Positions 37,744 to 50,800 of a DNA stretch of 64,000 bases are shown piece after piece. The stretch spans positions 35,240,704-35,304,703 of the forward strand of contig CM074521.1 of assembly GCA_037379345.1 (NCBI GenBank), read 5' to 3'. The DNA is from Perna viridis. Its lineage: Eukaryota. The translations under genes and the position numbers were made by a program. The notes under the pieces were generated by a model, which was not told the origin of the DNA, did not search any database, and worked only from the letters and a program-made list of their open reading frames with translations. Position 1 is the first letter of the stretch; each line of letters begins with the position of its first letter.

Positions 37744-39170
37744 TTACAATATAGTTCTAATATGGAATACCTTATATAAATATTCTCCTAAGTTACAAAG
37801 ATCTTTTGTGTTCTCGACAGAAAGTAACTGGACAAGTTTGAATGCAGATTGCCTAGACCAACAATACTTTTTTTTGTATACTTTATAACGTGAACATTGC
37901 AATATTAAATGAAATTCGTCCTCTATTACATTTAAATCACACATATAGCATTATCTATTATTTTGATCTGTTCCAGTTACAATAAACAAACTGTGTGACG
38001 ATAATCTAATTTTAGTAATATAATTACAATGTATAGGAAAATACATTTTTGTTAATAAACTTGAAGTTCTAAAACCACAAAGCTACTATATAATCTTCAT
38101 TTTGGAGATGTGTCCAATATCGAATGAAGATCATCTTGTATTGCTTGGCCATTGAAACCCTGTATGAATCATCTAAATGCATGCTAAATCGACTGTCTCA
38201 AAGGCTATTCATCTGTCCCATAGGTTATTCATACCTAAATTATACAATATATTTTTGATACACGTTGCCGAATTATCACATAACATACAGTTTGCTACTA
38301 ATTCCTTTTACTTAGCATGATTGCACAATACAATTACATGTATTAAATGTACAGTTATTATTCTAAAATGTCGTTCATACCATGGTTGTAATCAACCGAG
38401 TTCGTAGTATATCATGGCATTAGGCGTTGATAATTGAACATTTAGTCACATTTTGCAATAGACTATCCGTATCTTTACTATCAGTGGAGCTTAATGATCA
38501 CCCCATACTTCACAGCAATACATTAAAACACTAACTACACAAGTCTCAAATAACGACAACATAGTAAATACTTTCAATAAGGACGACGTATTTATTTTCT
38601 CTCAAACTACTAGTAAACATTGCTTTTCTATCCAGTTCTGCAGAGTGCGTTTGAGTTATCACAAATTTACAAATATAATGAAACAGTATTCCTAAATAAC
38701 AAAATTATATATATATATATACAAAACAATATTTAATTTTCGATCATTATAAATCCATTCTTTATATGGTTTAATGGCTCCGCCTCTACGGAACACTACT
38801 AGTATTTTTGTTTTCTCCACATGCACTGTAAGACCCCATTTGTCTTTGTACTCAGACAAGGTATTCATACTTCTATAATTGCCGATATTAAAATCATGTC
38901 GTCCGCATACTTCATCAAAAATAATGCAATGTCTTGAAATTCATGGGGACAGTGTCCCTTTATAGTAAATTCAAGTTCAAAGTCGTTAACATAAAAGGAA
39001 TATAAAATGGGCGACAGCACTTCTCTTTGCATAACACCCAAATTATTTGTGAAAAATCAGAGTTAAAACCATTGAAATGTATACATGTTTTAACGTTACG
39101 TATTTTACGCTTCAATTCAGTTGATAATTTTCCTTTAATACCAACTTTTGCTAATTTGTAACACATGCGA
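37744..39170 (-). mobile_element. Degraded CR1/L2-group LINE fragment in intron 2
   Basis: CYKLAKVGIKGK, YADDM, YLGIL, VLMYCCEVWG and CDLNVIEDEFHLILQC fragments on the minus strand. Confidence 0.75.
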
Positions 39171-40760
39171 GACGGGATAAATAATTGAAAGCTAAACACG
39201 GGGAACCAGTTGCTTTACATGGGTAACAGTCAAGGAAATAACGGTCGCTGATTGGGCAAGTCGCTTGTTTGGCTGAAATGAGGATGAGAATCCGAACTCG
39301 GCACAAGATGGCGGCTCTTAAACTAGGTAAACCCGAATAATAGAAAAGATAAGAAGACAGAAGAAAAAATATTCTTAACAGTTGAATATCACGTTGAATA
39401 TCTTAGATACACACAACTATCATAAAAATATTTTCGATATAGAAACGAGTTACAAAACTATGCAGAATCTACGGTGACACCGAAAATACACGATACAGCT
39501 ACATTTCGCGCACTTTTTACACTTCTCATACAGTAAGTCATTCTTTACTCACTGTGTGGCTTTACTGATGCACAATTTTAGTGAAACTTTACAAAAAAGG
39601 AAAGTCTCCATATGAAATTGCCCATGAAAATCAACTTATTCTCAAATATCATGAAAGTAAAACAATTAGACATTAACTTTTTGGTCAATATTTCTTCTTG
39701 CCAAAGTCCTCCTATACACAATGTACCTCTTGGTTTAAATTTAACTTTACTGAATTAAACGACACTATATAATGATATGCGTGAATAAATATAAATTAGA
39801 ACAGTTTTTTTTCACATTTATCGTAAACATATCTCGTAAACAACTTCATGGATTTGAATGAAACTTTATACAAAGCAAAAAACATGTGTTAATAGGAATA
39901 TATTAACTGTCTTATTACCCCCTCGCCAACAAAATTGCGATGGGATATAGTAACGCAACACTCCGTTCATAAGATATTTGTGAACACTCTACAACTAATG
40001 TCCTTCAAAAGCTCCACACAGAAGCAGATGTTCGTTTCCTCTGTTACTGACTGCTGCAGACAGGCCTTTCAAAATTCTCTAACATAATCTCAACCAAACG
40101 TCATTTTACAATTGAATAATAATGATGGACACTTTAAACTGGATATAAATTTCCAATTATCATATTTGTTGAGGTAAACATTTGTATTTTCACATTAATA
40201 CAACTAATACAACGTATCAGTTTAGTAAGTAACCTGTAAAGTTGAATATTTACTTTATTACTTTCACCAGGAGGAATTTCGTTCAGGGGATTACCAACTC
40301 TCATTGAGTAGTAATAGTTGTGACTCCTACATTTATCCCAGTATCTATTATAACAAAAGAAAACTAAGCTATCTCTTGTTACTGCTTCATTAATTCAATC
40401 ATTTCTTCACTTGATCAATTTAATTTTTGTTGTTGACAACTACATGTATAATAACATTTTCATCTTCAATTACATAGCAAGTATGTAACCGACAGAAATT
40501 TTGTCTTAAAATCGTAAAAATCAATATACTACTCTTAAACAACATTTAAAGCTAAGAGACGGCTATACATTTTTGGAAAAGCTACTACTTGTAATATATA
40601 AAATCTGGATCGGACAAATTCCGGACAAATCTTTCGACTTTTTTCCTCTGTGAAACGAGAAATGCCGAGTAGTACCGGTTCAGTAAAAGTTTTTTTATTA
40701 TACATCTTTGCGAACGCAAGTCATGTGTATTCCAGTAAGCAATTTAGGTAATTTAGTGAT

Positions 40761-41307
40761 TGGAGCCGAGTGATTGCGCAGTGGAAGCGATTTTACTATT
40801 GTTTGTTCAATTATGTAATTGGGAAGCTAGACGACGAGCACTATAACTTTTGTCTACGACAATGATTTCGATTAAAAACGATCTTTCTAATCCTACATTT
40901 ATTTACATAATATATACATTCACATATTTGAATACAATGTTTACCGATCGAACTCTGATTTCTAACTGACCATAATTATGTGCCGAATCTGAACAAATAA
41001 ACCCAATTAACCTAAATGTAACTCCCCAAATTACCAATTTGAACTTTTACCTTCTCATTGTCTGTCTGATACAGATCATTAAATATGTTAAACAGCTGAC
41101 CGCTATCAACATAATTAATTAGTTCCAAGTACTGGATGACCAGACAAACAACGACTATCTTATCTTAACTAGATCAAGGTTACAATTCGATTTCTATGTA
41201 AAATTATCAATGAAAATTAAAAGTGAAAAGAAATAAAACTAGCTAAAAAAACGTTATCTAAAAACATATGAAAATTGAAGTCAAAAAACATAATTGTCTT
41301 CTAAACA
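40761..41307 (-). repeat. 3' LTR
   Basis: Sense TGTTTAGAAG...GGCTCCA; G at 40821, C at 41110 (plus-strand bases). Confidence 0.97.
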
Positions 41308-41320
41308 TTCTCCCCTTCTT
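41308..41320 (-). other. Polypurine tract AAGAAGGGGAGAA (second copy 47650-47662)
   Basis: Abuts the LTR start on the element sense strand. Confidence 0.9.
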
Positions 41321-41483
41321 GATTGAGCATAGCCAATCAACAACAACAAAAAAAAATAAAAAAATAAAACGAAATAAATGAAAATATTCGATAGTCTATA
41401 ATTCATAACTATAGCGATAGTCCATGTAAACGGAGAAAATTAAAGTCACTGCTTCTTGATAGTTATTGCACGTTAAATTTAAG

Positions 41484-44400
41484 TCAATTAACTTCCAACG
41501 GGCACAGTTTGGTAATTGGTCGTACTAAAACAGTTTGTCCAAGTCTAATTTTGGCGACTCGAACATGATTGTCCTTTCCTGAGTACACCTCGATGATTCT
41601 GCCTAACGGCCAATGTCCTCGTGGAAGATTGGGATTCATTACAAGCACAATGTCATTGGGTTTCAAGTCCTTTTCAGTTTCAGTCCATTTATGTATTCTA
41701 TTTAGTCCTGGTAGCCACTCTTTAATCCATCTTTGCCAGAAATGTCTAACTAATTCCTGGATTCGACGCCATCGTTTACGTGGGTTAAAGTCAGTTGTAT
41801 CAACGGTCTCTGGTGCAAACGCTCCTCCGATTTGTCCATGTAGGAAATGGTTAGGCGTTAACGGTAAGTCATCTCTGGAATCTGCCGACTGGTATGTAAG
41901 CGGACGCGAATTAATGACTGCTTCGGCACCAATAAATGCAGTTAACAACTCTTCGTCAGTAATGTCCGCATTTCCTAATATGGAATAAATTGCTTTCTTT
42001 GCGGCTTTTATCATCGTTTCATGTACGCCTCCAAAGTGAGGCGCGAGAGGAGGATTGAAATGCCACTTCACACCTCTATTCGACGTATTGTCACATATTT
42101 TGTCTTTATCTAATAGTGAAACTAGTTCCTGTAATTCCTTGTTTGCACCGATAAAGTTTGTTCCATTGTCCGAAACAACTTCTTGTGGCATTCCACGTCT
42201 ATTGGCCATTCTATAAAACGCATTAAGAAAGGAGTCAGTATCTAGTCCAAAAGCAACTTCCAAGTGCACGGCTCTCGATGCCAAGCACGTAAATAAACAC
42301 AAATATTTCTTTTCACGTCTCTTTCCTCGACCCTGCACTGTTATAAATGGACCACCATAGTCCACTGCGATACGCGCAAATGCATGTAATGGCGTTCTGA
42401 AACGAATGTCCGGTAAAGGAGCCATTACTTGCTCTGCTGTTTTCGCCTTTCTCTTACGACACGTATAACACTCATTTTCACACTCGCGTATTTCCTCTCT
42501 GGCGGATATAATCCAATATTTAGATGACATCATGGATAATGTTAGATTTGTCCCGCACACATGTCTACCTTTGTCGTGGTAGTATTTCACGATTAGTCTT
42601 GTCACGCGATTTTTCCTCGGAAGTATTATAGGATACATAGTGTCATACGGCAAGAAATCTGCATGTTCAAGACGCCCGTCACATCTAAGTAGTCCATATT
42701 CATTGATTTTCGGTTTTAAACTTAGAAGTTTACTGCCCGACGGTAACTGTTTTTCTTTCATAATTGAATTATAATCCTCTAGAAATTCACACCTCTGCGC
42801 GTCGCGCACGATTTGAGTCTCTGCCTCTTCGATTTCATCTACACTAAGTCCACCTTTTCTACGCAAGTCACGCGTAAGTCTACAATTTTCAACGAATCTG
42901 TTAACCCATGAACAAACACGAACGAGTCTCAACCAGCTCGAATAATGTTCTGGATTTAAACGCCAATCCTTCTCCGATACAGACACAATTTTCATTGTAA
43001 ATATTTCACTGTCCTTGGCAGTCTCTAATTTAGCACCCGATTTAGCGCTTTTAACTTCTTTTTCGCACGATAGTCCTTTGTTAATACGACATTCAGGCCA
43101 GTCACATTCTTGTTTTGATAGAAAGTCTGGACCTTCCCACCATATAATGTCCGATTTCAGCTGAATAACAGTCCTGCCCCTCAATACCAGATCCGCGGGG
43201 TTTTCTTTCGTTGGTACGTAGCGCCACTGTGTTGGACTCGAAGCCCTGTGTATCTCTCCAATGCGGTTCGCGACAAACGGCTTGAAGTCTCTGCTTCGAC
43301 CACGTATCCACCATAAAACATCCATAGAATCTGACCAAAACACAAGTTGTTCCGTCGGTATTCTAAGCGGCTCCGCAATGGAAAGTGCAAGTTTTAATCC
43401 TAAAACAGCAGCCATCAACTCTAATCTCGGAATACTAACTGCAATAATTGGTGCAACTTTCGATTTCGATGCAATAATCCTTGTCGAAATTAATCCACTC
43501 TTATACTCGATTCTCATATACGAAACGGCACCATATCCTTCTTCGGACGAATCAACGAATGTATGAATATTAGTATGAATTATTTCCTCATTTTGATCCA
43601 CAACTTGTAAACACCTTTGAACTTTGATTTGATTCAAATCATTTAGCTCTTTAAACCAAGATTTTGCTTTACATATTAAATTTTCATCTAGTAAATTATC
43701 CCAATTATATCCAGTTAACCACATTTCTTGAAGCAACATTTTAGCTCTCACTATATACGGCGAAATAAATCCAAGAGGATCGAATAACATAGCCACTTTT
43801 CTCAAGAAATTTCGCTTTGTGTACACAAAGTCCTCGCCTGGAGGATTCGCTTTGAATGTGAATAAATCTACATTCGCTTTCCACATAATTCCCAAGGTTT
43901 TCACAGTAGGCAAACTACCATCATCAAGATTAACTTCGGACGCGCGATCTTCCTTCGGAATAAAATCTAACACTGCCTCTGAATTTGATAACCATTTGCG
44001 TGCGTACATTCCAGCTTTCCACCATAAATCCGACAATTGATTATACAATAATATTCCCTCATGTTCATTCATTACTGAATCCATGCTATCATCCATGTAA
44101 GTCGAATGAAGTACTGTTTCCGCAGCTCGCGGATGCGACGCTTTCATGCACTCGGCATGCTTCTGCACAACATATTGGGCCTGAAATGGCGAAGAATTAA
44201 CTCCGAAGACAACACTATTGAATTCATATTCATCCGGTTCTCGATTTAATTCCATTGAGCGCCACAAAAACCTGTGAAATGGCCTATCAACCGGAGCTAT
44301 ATTTATCCTCAGATACATTTCAGCAATATCACAAACTAACGCAACTGGATTCTTTCTAAATCGCAATAGAACATCAAATAAATCCCTCTGTAATTTTGGA

Positions 44401-44849
44401 CCTTGATGAATGACACTATTTAACGATGCATTTTCACACTTTGCAGACGCGTCGAATACGATCCTTGTCTTTGTAGTTTCCTTGTCTGGTCTTACAACTG
44501 GAAAGTGCGGTAAATACCATTTTCCCGATTTCGGCACCTCTTCTTCAGCTGGCACTTTACGGACGTAACCTTTGTCAAGATACTTTTCAATAGTTTTAAC
44601 GTAATCGTTCTTCACAGTCGCATCCTTAATTAACCTCTTCTCAGTATTCTCAAGTCTGCGATAAGCCATATTATAATTGTCCGGTAAATTAGCAGGGTCA
44701 CTCTTCCAAGGCAAGGCTACTTCATAGCGACCATCTTTGAAACACATTGATTGTTCAACGATTTTGACAGCTTGTTTATCTTCGGCACTTAACATCTCAT
44801 TCTTATCGATAGGTTTGACGTGTTCAATGTCCCAGAATTTCTTTAACAA
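41484..44849 (-). CDS. pol: BEL/Pao Pol (RT-RNase H-integrase), unit 1
   Basis: 1121 aa; YLPHFPV, RIVFDAS, YMDD, FVDSSEEGYG, ELMAA, NPAD, HHCC, and DDE motifs VDYGGP/SDNGTNF/HETM. Confidence 0.95.
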   Translation of the reverse strand: MLKKFWDIEHVKPIDKNEMLSAEDKQAVKIVEQSMCFKDGRYEVALPWKSDPANLPDNYNMAYRRLENTEKRLIKDATVKNDYVKTIEKYLDKGYVRKVPAEEEVPKSGKWYLPHFPVVRPDKETTKTRIVFDASAKCENASLNSVIHQGPKLQRDLFDVLLRFRKNPVALVCDIAEMYLRINIAPVDRPFHRFLWRSMELNREPDEYEFNSVVFGVNSSPFQAQYVVQKHAECMKASHPRAAETVLHSTYMDDSMDSVMNEHEGILLYNQLSDLWWKAGMYARKWLSNSEAVLDFIPKEDRASEVNLDDGSLPTVKTLGIMWKANVDLFTFKANPPGEDFVYTKRNFLRKVAMLFDPLGFISPYIVRAKMLLQEMWLTGYNWDNLLDENLICKAKSWFKELNDLNQIKVQRCLQVVDQNEEIIHTNIHTFVDSSEEGYGAVSYMRIEYKSGLISTRIIASKSKVAPIIAVSIPRLELMAAVLGLKLALSIAEPLRIPTEQLVFWSDSMDVLWWIRGRSRDFKPFVANRIGEIHRASSPTQWRYVPTKENPADLVLRGRTVIQLKSDIIWWEGPDFLSKQECDWPECRINKGLSCEKEVKSAKSGAKLETAKDSEIFTMKIVSVSEKDWRLNPEHYSSWLRLVRVCSWVNRFVENCRLTRDLRRKGGLSVDEIEEAETQIVRDAQRCEFLEDYNSIMKEKQLPSGSKLLSLKPKINEYGLLRCDGRLEHADFLPYDTMYPIILPRKNRVTRLIVKYYHDKGRHVCGTNLTLSMMSSKYWIISAREEIRECENECYTCRKRKAKTAEQVMAPLPDIRFRTPLHAFARIAVDYGGPFITVQGRGKRREKKYLCLFTCLASRAVHLEVAFGLDTDSFLNAFYRMANRRGMPQEVVSDNGTNFIGANKELQELVSLLDKDKICDNTSNRGVKWHFNPPLAPHFGGVHETMIKAAKKAIYSILGNADITDEELLTAFIGAEAVINSRPLTYQSADSRDDLPLTPNHFLHGQIGGAFAPETVDTTDFNPRKRWRRIQELVRHFWQRWIKEWLPGLNRIHKWTETEKDLKPNDIVLVMNPNLPRGHWPLGRIIEVYSGKDNHVRVAKIRLGQTVLVRPITKLCPLEVN

Positions 44850-45532
44850 TAAATCGTATTCATTTGATTCATTGATACTTCCGACGAAGTATTGTAATTG
44901 TAATGTGTCAGATTGTCATCAGTGTCTGGATTCCCAATACATGTCCATCCAAGGGGAGTTAATCTTGCTATCGGCTCGCCTGGTTTACCACGAATATCCT
45001 TGTACGAATAATGTAAATCGGCATAATCCAAACCAATTAACATATCAACTTTAGGCTTCGAACCTATGTCCGGAAACTGTATGCCTTTCAAATGTTCCCA
45101 CTTAGAACTGTGCTGTCGCCAATCTATGGGTTTCATATTCCCGGTCACCTTGTTTGTCGTGAAAGCTACGATTCGATTTCTTGTTCTGCCATTCACACTT
45201 TCAATTTCGAACTCAACTGGCATTGTTTCAAACGATTCACATTCATCATTTAAAACATTTACTGTCATAGTTTGTAACTGTCCATGGAGACCTAACTCTG
45301 CGGCTACATCCGAATTAATATAAGTCTTTGTACTAGCATCATCGAGTAGTGCGTTCACTTTCAACTTTCGATTACCAGTTCTGACAATTACTGGTACAGT
45401 TCTTAAAATTACATTATTTACCTTTTCTCGGTCTTTAGCGATCATTGTTCTGTTTTGACGCTCCCCTTCAGTGTTCGGCTCTGTAACACTTTTGAATATT
45501 TCTGAATGTCTGTGCACATTGTTACTGTCCAC
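44843..45532 (-). CDS. BEL/Pao aspartic protease region, unit 1 (frameshifted from gag and pol)
   Basis: ALLDDAS, VDMLIGLD, ARLTPLGW. Confidence 0.9.
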   Translation of the reverse strand: MDSNNVHRHSEIFKSVTEPNTEGERQNRTMIAKDREKVNNVILRTVPVIVRTGNRKLKVNALLDDASTKTYINSDVAAELGLHGQLQTMTVNVLNDECESFETMPVEFEIESVNGRTRNRIVAFTTNKVTGNMKPIDWRQHSSKWEHLKGIQFPDIGSKPKVDMLIGLDYADLHYSYKDIRGKPGEPIARLTPLGWTCIGNPDTDDNLTHYNYNTSSEVSMNQMNTIYC

Positions 45533-46989
45533 TCGCCTGCGTTGATTAAAATTGTTTCATAATGTAACATTCTATTATGAAGCTCCCTACAACCATCGAT
45601 TCCACACGTTCTACTTCTTGGACACCTTTGTCCGAGGTGATTATCTCCTAAACAACGATAGCAAAGTTTATGCTCCTTTGCAACATTCCACCTTTTTTGC
45701 AAATCCATTCTTTTGAACATTTCGCAGTTCCACACACCATGCGGCTCATTACATACTTTACATAGTCGTCTACGAGCATTTCTATCTGTGTTTTCAGTGT
45801 TACTGACAAAAGTTCTGTTTGTACCCGGTCTCGGACGCCTGACGTCATTGTTGTTAAAGTTGTCTAATCCTCGGACAGTTTCGCTCGCGATAGTTTGGAA
45901 TTCCGCTTCCTGAATTATCCACTCCCTTAACGATTCGACTGATTCCGGTCTCCGTTTCTCGAATACCCATCTATGGTACTGCGCAAGCATAGACTCGGGT
46001 AACTTTTGCTGTAATTTATTGTATAACGATCCATTACCAAGTTCTTCACTACGACCGGCATCCCGTAGATTCACAACAGTTACGTCAATTAAATCTGCGA
46101 ATTTGTCAATGTCTCTTGAATTTCCTACTCGAATTGGTTTGAAAGTTTCTAACTCTTCTATATAACGTGCGATCTGTCGTCGTTTACCTCCATATTTACG
46201 CTCCAATCTGTCTTTTGCAGCCACGTACGCTGATTCCGAATATCCAAGATTTTCAACCACTTTTAATGCTTCTCCCGATAAGTATTGTCTTAACTGTAAA
46301 AGTTTATATTCAGGTGTAGCCGGCGCTTTGTCCACACACGACATGAAGGCGGCCCTCCATGCTTCATAACTTCGTTTGTCACCCGAAAATATTGGAATCG
46401 CAATTCGTTTCAACTGCTTCCACATGTCATTTCCGATTTCGATACGATTGTCACTTTGAACTTCAACTGGTATGTCACGATTAATCCGATCTGGTAATTG
46501 TCCAATGTCATCTTTAATTTCACGTCTATCGCCACTATCGTCGGTAACTGGAACATCTTGTCTATCTATTTCTTCTCTATAGTTCGATGCACGCGATGAA
46601 ACACTAGAACCGTCTTTTGTACTTATCAAAAAGTTTTGACATTCATTTATCGCTTCAGAAAATTCTGATTCCATTTGTTCTAGTTCATTAGCTGTTTTCC
46701 GTACATTTAATATTTCGTTTCTCTTCTTATATTCGTCATATAATAATTCCATAATGTTCATAGCATTTTCTTCTGCATTTGTAAGTTTTTGTCTTATTTC
46801 TTTGATGATATCACGATCTGGAATTTCGTCCGGTTCATCGATTAATTGGAGAAGGTTATGTCTCAATTTTGTGAAGGCCGATTTAGCTTTTGCCTTGTCC
46901 TTTTTAATATCCTCGATTTTTTCGTTTTGTTGTTCGATCATTGTCTCTTCCATTTTTTCGTTTCTAAGATCTAGCTCCCAATTGCTCAT
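45442..46989 (-). CDS. gag: BEL/Pao Gag, unit 1
   Basis: IPIFSGD...KLLQLRQYLSGEA capsid-like region and three knuckles (CKVCNEPHGVWNC, CYRCLGDNHLGQRC, CGIDGCRELHNRMLH); first ATG at 46989. Confidence 0.93.
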   Translation of the reverse strand: MSNWELDLRNEKMEETMIEQQNEKIEDIKKDKAKAKSAFTKLRHNLLQLIDEPDEIPDRDIIKEIRQKLTNAEENAMNIMELLYDEYKKRNEILNVRKTANELEQMESEFSEAINECQNFLISTKDGSSVSSRASNYREEIDRQDVPVTDDSGDRREIKDDIGQLPDRINRDIPVEVQSDNRIEIGNDMWKQLKRIAIPIFSGDKRSYEAWRAAFMSCVDKAPATPEYKLLQLRQYLSGEALKVVENLGYSESAYVAAKDRLERKYGGKRRQIARYIEELETFKPIRVGNSRDIDKFADLIDVTVVNLRDAGRSEELGNGSLYNKLQQKLPESMLAQYHRWVFEKRRPESVESLREWIIQEAEFQTIASETVRGLDNFNNNDVRRPRPGTNRTFVSNTENTDRNARRRLCKVCNEPHGVWNCEMFKRMDLQKRWNVAKEHKLCYRCLGDNHLGQRCPRSRTCGIDGCRELHNRMLHYETILINAGEWTVTMCTDIQKYSKVLQSRTLKGSVKTEQ

Positions 46990-47079
46990 TTTCGATTGAC
47001 GATCACTAAATGTCAATATTAATTCCGATTATGAATTATAATTTCGATACGATTTCGATAAGTCCGTTTTGTCCATATT

Positions 47080-47097
47080 AACCACGCTCTGCTACCA
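47080..47097 (-). other. Primer-binding site for initiator tRNA-Met, unit 1
   Basis: Sense TGGTAGCAGAGCGTGGTT, 5 nt after the LTR; TGGTAGCAGAG is the complement of the eukaryotic tRNA-iMet 3' end. Confidence 0.9.
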
Positions 47098-47102
47098 GAA
47101 AA

Positions 47103-47649
47103 TGGAGCCGAGTGATTGCGCAGTGGAAGCGATTTTACTATTGTTTGTTCAATTATGTAATTTGGAAGCTAGACGACGAGCACTATAACTTTTGTCTACG
47201 ACAATGATTTCGATTAAAAACGATCTTTCTAATCCTACATTTATTTACATAATATATACATTCACATATTTGAATACAATGTTTACCGATCGAACTCTGA
47301 TTTCTAACTGACCATAATTATGTGCCGAATCTGAACAAATAAACCCAATTAACCTAAATGTAACTCCCCAAATTACCAATTTGAACTTTTACCTTCTCAT
47401 TGTCTGTCTGATACAGATCATTAAATATGTTAAACAGCTGACCGCTATCAACATAATTAATTAGTTCCAAGTACTGGATGACCAGACAAACAACGACTAT
47501 CTTATCTTAACTAGATCAAGGTTACAATTCGATTTCTATGTAAAATTATCAATGAAAATTAAAAGTGAAAAGAAATAAAACTAGCTAAAAAAACGTTATC
47601 TAAAAACATATGAAAATTGAAGTCAAAAAACATAATTGTCTTCTAAACA
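47103..47649 (-). repeat. Shared middle LTR (recombinant)
   Basis: T at 47163 like the right LTR, C at 47452 like the left LTR. Confidence 0.97.
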
Positions 47650-47825
47650 TTCTCCCCTTCTTGATTGAGCATAGCCAATCAACAACAACAAAAAAAAATA
47701 AAAAAATAAAACGAAATAAATGAAAATATTCGATAGTCTATAATTCATAACTATAGCGATAGTCCATGTAAACGGAGAAAATTAAAGTCACTGCTTCTTG
47801 ATAGTTATTGCACGTTAAATTTAAG

Positions 47826-50800
47826 TCAATTAACTTCCAACGGGCACAGTTTGGTAATTGGTCGTACTAAAACAGTTTGTCCAAGTCTAATTTTGGCGAC
47901 TCGAACATGATTGTCCTTTCCTGAGTACACCTCGATGATTCTGCCTAACGGCCAATGTCCTCGTGGAAGATTGGGATTCATTACAAGCACAATGTCATTG
48001 GGTTTCAAGTCCTTTTCAGTTTCAGTCCATTTATGTATTCTATTTAGTCCTGGTAGCCACTCTTTAATCCATCTTTGCCAGAAATGTCTAACTAATTCCT
48101 GGATTCGACGCCATCGTTTACGTGGGTTAAAGTCAGTTGTATCAACGGTCTCTGGTGCAAACGCTCCTCCGATTTGTCCATGTAGGAAATGGTTAGGCGT
48201 TAACGGTAAGTCATCTCTGGAATCTGCCGACTGGTATGTAAGCGGACGCGAATTAATGACTGCTTCGGCACCAATAAATGCAGTTAACAACTCTTCGTCA
48301 GTAATGTCCGCATTTCCTAATATGGAATAAATTGCTTTCTTTGCGGCTTTTATCATCGTTTCATGTACGCCTCCAAAGTGAGGCGCGAGAGGAGGATTGA
48401 AATGCCACTTCACACCTCTATTCGACGTATTGTCACATATTTTGTCTTTATCTAATAGTGAAACTAGTTCCTGTAATTCCTTGTTTGCACCGATAAAGTT
48501 TGTTCCATTGTCCGAAACAACTTCTTGTGGCATTCCACGTCTATTGGCCATTCTATAAAACGCATTAAGAAAGGAGTCAGTATCTAGTCCAAAAGCAACT
48601 TCCAAGTGCACGGCTCTCGATGCCAAGCACGTAAATAAACACAAATATTTCTTTTCACGTCTCTTTCCTCGACCCTGCACTGTTATAAATGGACCACCAT
48701 AGTCCACTGCGATACGCGCAAATGCATGTAATGGCGTTCTGAAACGAATGTCCGGTAAAGGAGCCATTACTTGCTCTGCTGTTTTCGCCTTTCTCTTACG
48801 ACACGTATAACACTCATTTTCACACTCGCGTATTTCCTCTCTGGCGGATATAATCCAATATTTAGATGACATCATGGATAATGTTAGATTTGTCCCGCAC
48901 ACATGTCTACCTTTGTCGTGGTAGTATTTCACGATTAGTCTTGTCACGCGATTTTTCCTCGGAAGTATTATAGGATACATAGTGTCATACGGCAAGAAAT
49001 CTGCATGTTCAAGACGCCCGTCACATCTAAGTAGTCCATATTCATTGATTTTCGGTTTTAAACTTAGAAGTTTACTGCCCGACGGTAACTGTTTTTCTTT
49101 CATAATTGAATTATAATCCTCTAGAAATTCACACCTCTGCGCGTCGCGCACGATTTGAGTCTCTGCCTCTTCGATTTCATCTACACTAAGTCCACCTTTT
49201 CTACGCAAGTCACGCGTAAGTCTACAATTTTCAACGAATCTGTTAACCCATGAACAAACACGAACGAGTCTCAACCAGCTCGAATAATGTTCTGGATTTA
49301 AACGCCAATCCTTCTCCGATACAGACACAATTTTCATTGTAAATATTTCACTGTCCTTGGCAGTCTCTAATTTAGCACCCGATTTAGCGCTTTTAACTTC
49401 TTTTTCGCACGATAGTCCTTTGTTAATACGACATTCAGGCCAGTCACATTCTTGTTTTGATAGAAAGTCTGGACCTTCCCACCATATAATGTCCGATTTC
49501 AGCTGAATAACAGTCCTGCCCCTCAATACCAGATCCGCGGGGTTTTCTTTCGTTGGTACGTAGCGCCACTGTGTTGGACTCGAAGCCCTGTGTATCTCTC
49601 CAATGCGGTTCGCGACAAACGGCTTGAAGTCTCTGCTTCGACCACGTATCCACCATAAAACATCCATAGAATCTGACCAAAACACAAGTTGTTCCGTCGG
49701 TATTCTAAGCGGCTCCGCAATGGAAAGTGCAAGTTTTAATCCTAAAACAGCAGCCATCAACTCTAATCTCGGAATACTAACTGCAATAATTGGTGCAACT
49801 TTCGATTTCGATGCAATAATCCTTGTCGAAATTAATCCACTCTTATACTCGATTCTCATATACGAAACGGCACCATATCCTTCTTCGGACGAATCAACGA
49901 ATGTATGAATATTAGTATGAATTATTTCCTCATTTTGATCCACAACTTGTAAACACCTTTGAACTTTGATTTGATTCAAATCATTTAGCTCTTTAAACCA
50001 AGATTTTGCTTTACATATTAAATTTTCATCTAGTAAATTATCCCAATTATATCCAGTTAACCACATTTCTTGAAGCAACATTTTAGCTCTCACTATATAC
50101 GGCGAAATAAATCCAAGAGGATCGAATAACATAGCCACTTTTCTCAAGAAATTTCGCTTTGTGTACACAAAGTCCTCGCCTGGAGGATTCGCTTTGAATG
50201 TGAATAAATCTACATTCGCTTTCCACATAATTCCCAAGGTTTTCACAGTAGGCAAACTACCATCATCAAGATTAACTTCGGACGCGCGATCTTCCTTCGG
50301 AATAAAATCTAACACTGCCTCTGAATTTGATAACCATTTGCGTGCGTACATTCCAGCTTTCCACCATAAATCCGACAATTGATTATACAATAATATTCCC
50401 TCATGTTCATTCATTACTGAATCCATGCTATCATCCATGTAAGTCGAATGAAGTACTGTTTCCGCAGCTCGCGGATGCGACGCTTTCATGCACTCGGCAT
50501 GCTTCTGCACAACATATTGGGCCTGAAATGGCGAAGAATTAACTCCGAAGACAACACTATTGAATTCATATTCATCCGGTTCTCGATTTAATTCCATTGA
50601 GCGCCACAAAAACCTGTGAAATGGCCTATCAACCGGAGCTATATTTATCCTCAGATACATTTCAGCAATATCACAAACTAACGCAACTGGATTCTTTCTA
50701 AATCGCAATAGAACATCAAATAAATCCCTCTGTAATTTTGGACCTTGATGAATGACACTATTTAACGATGCATTTTCACACTTTGCAGACGCGTCGAATA

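Noticed and set aside
40764-40830. A functional tRNA-iMet gene in the LTR
   Set aside because: Only nt 1-23 match; there is no anticodon or T arm downstream.
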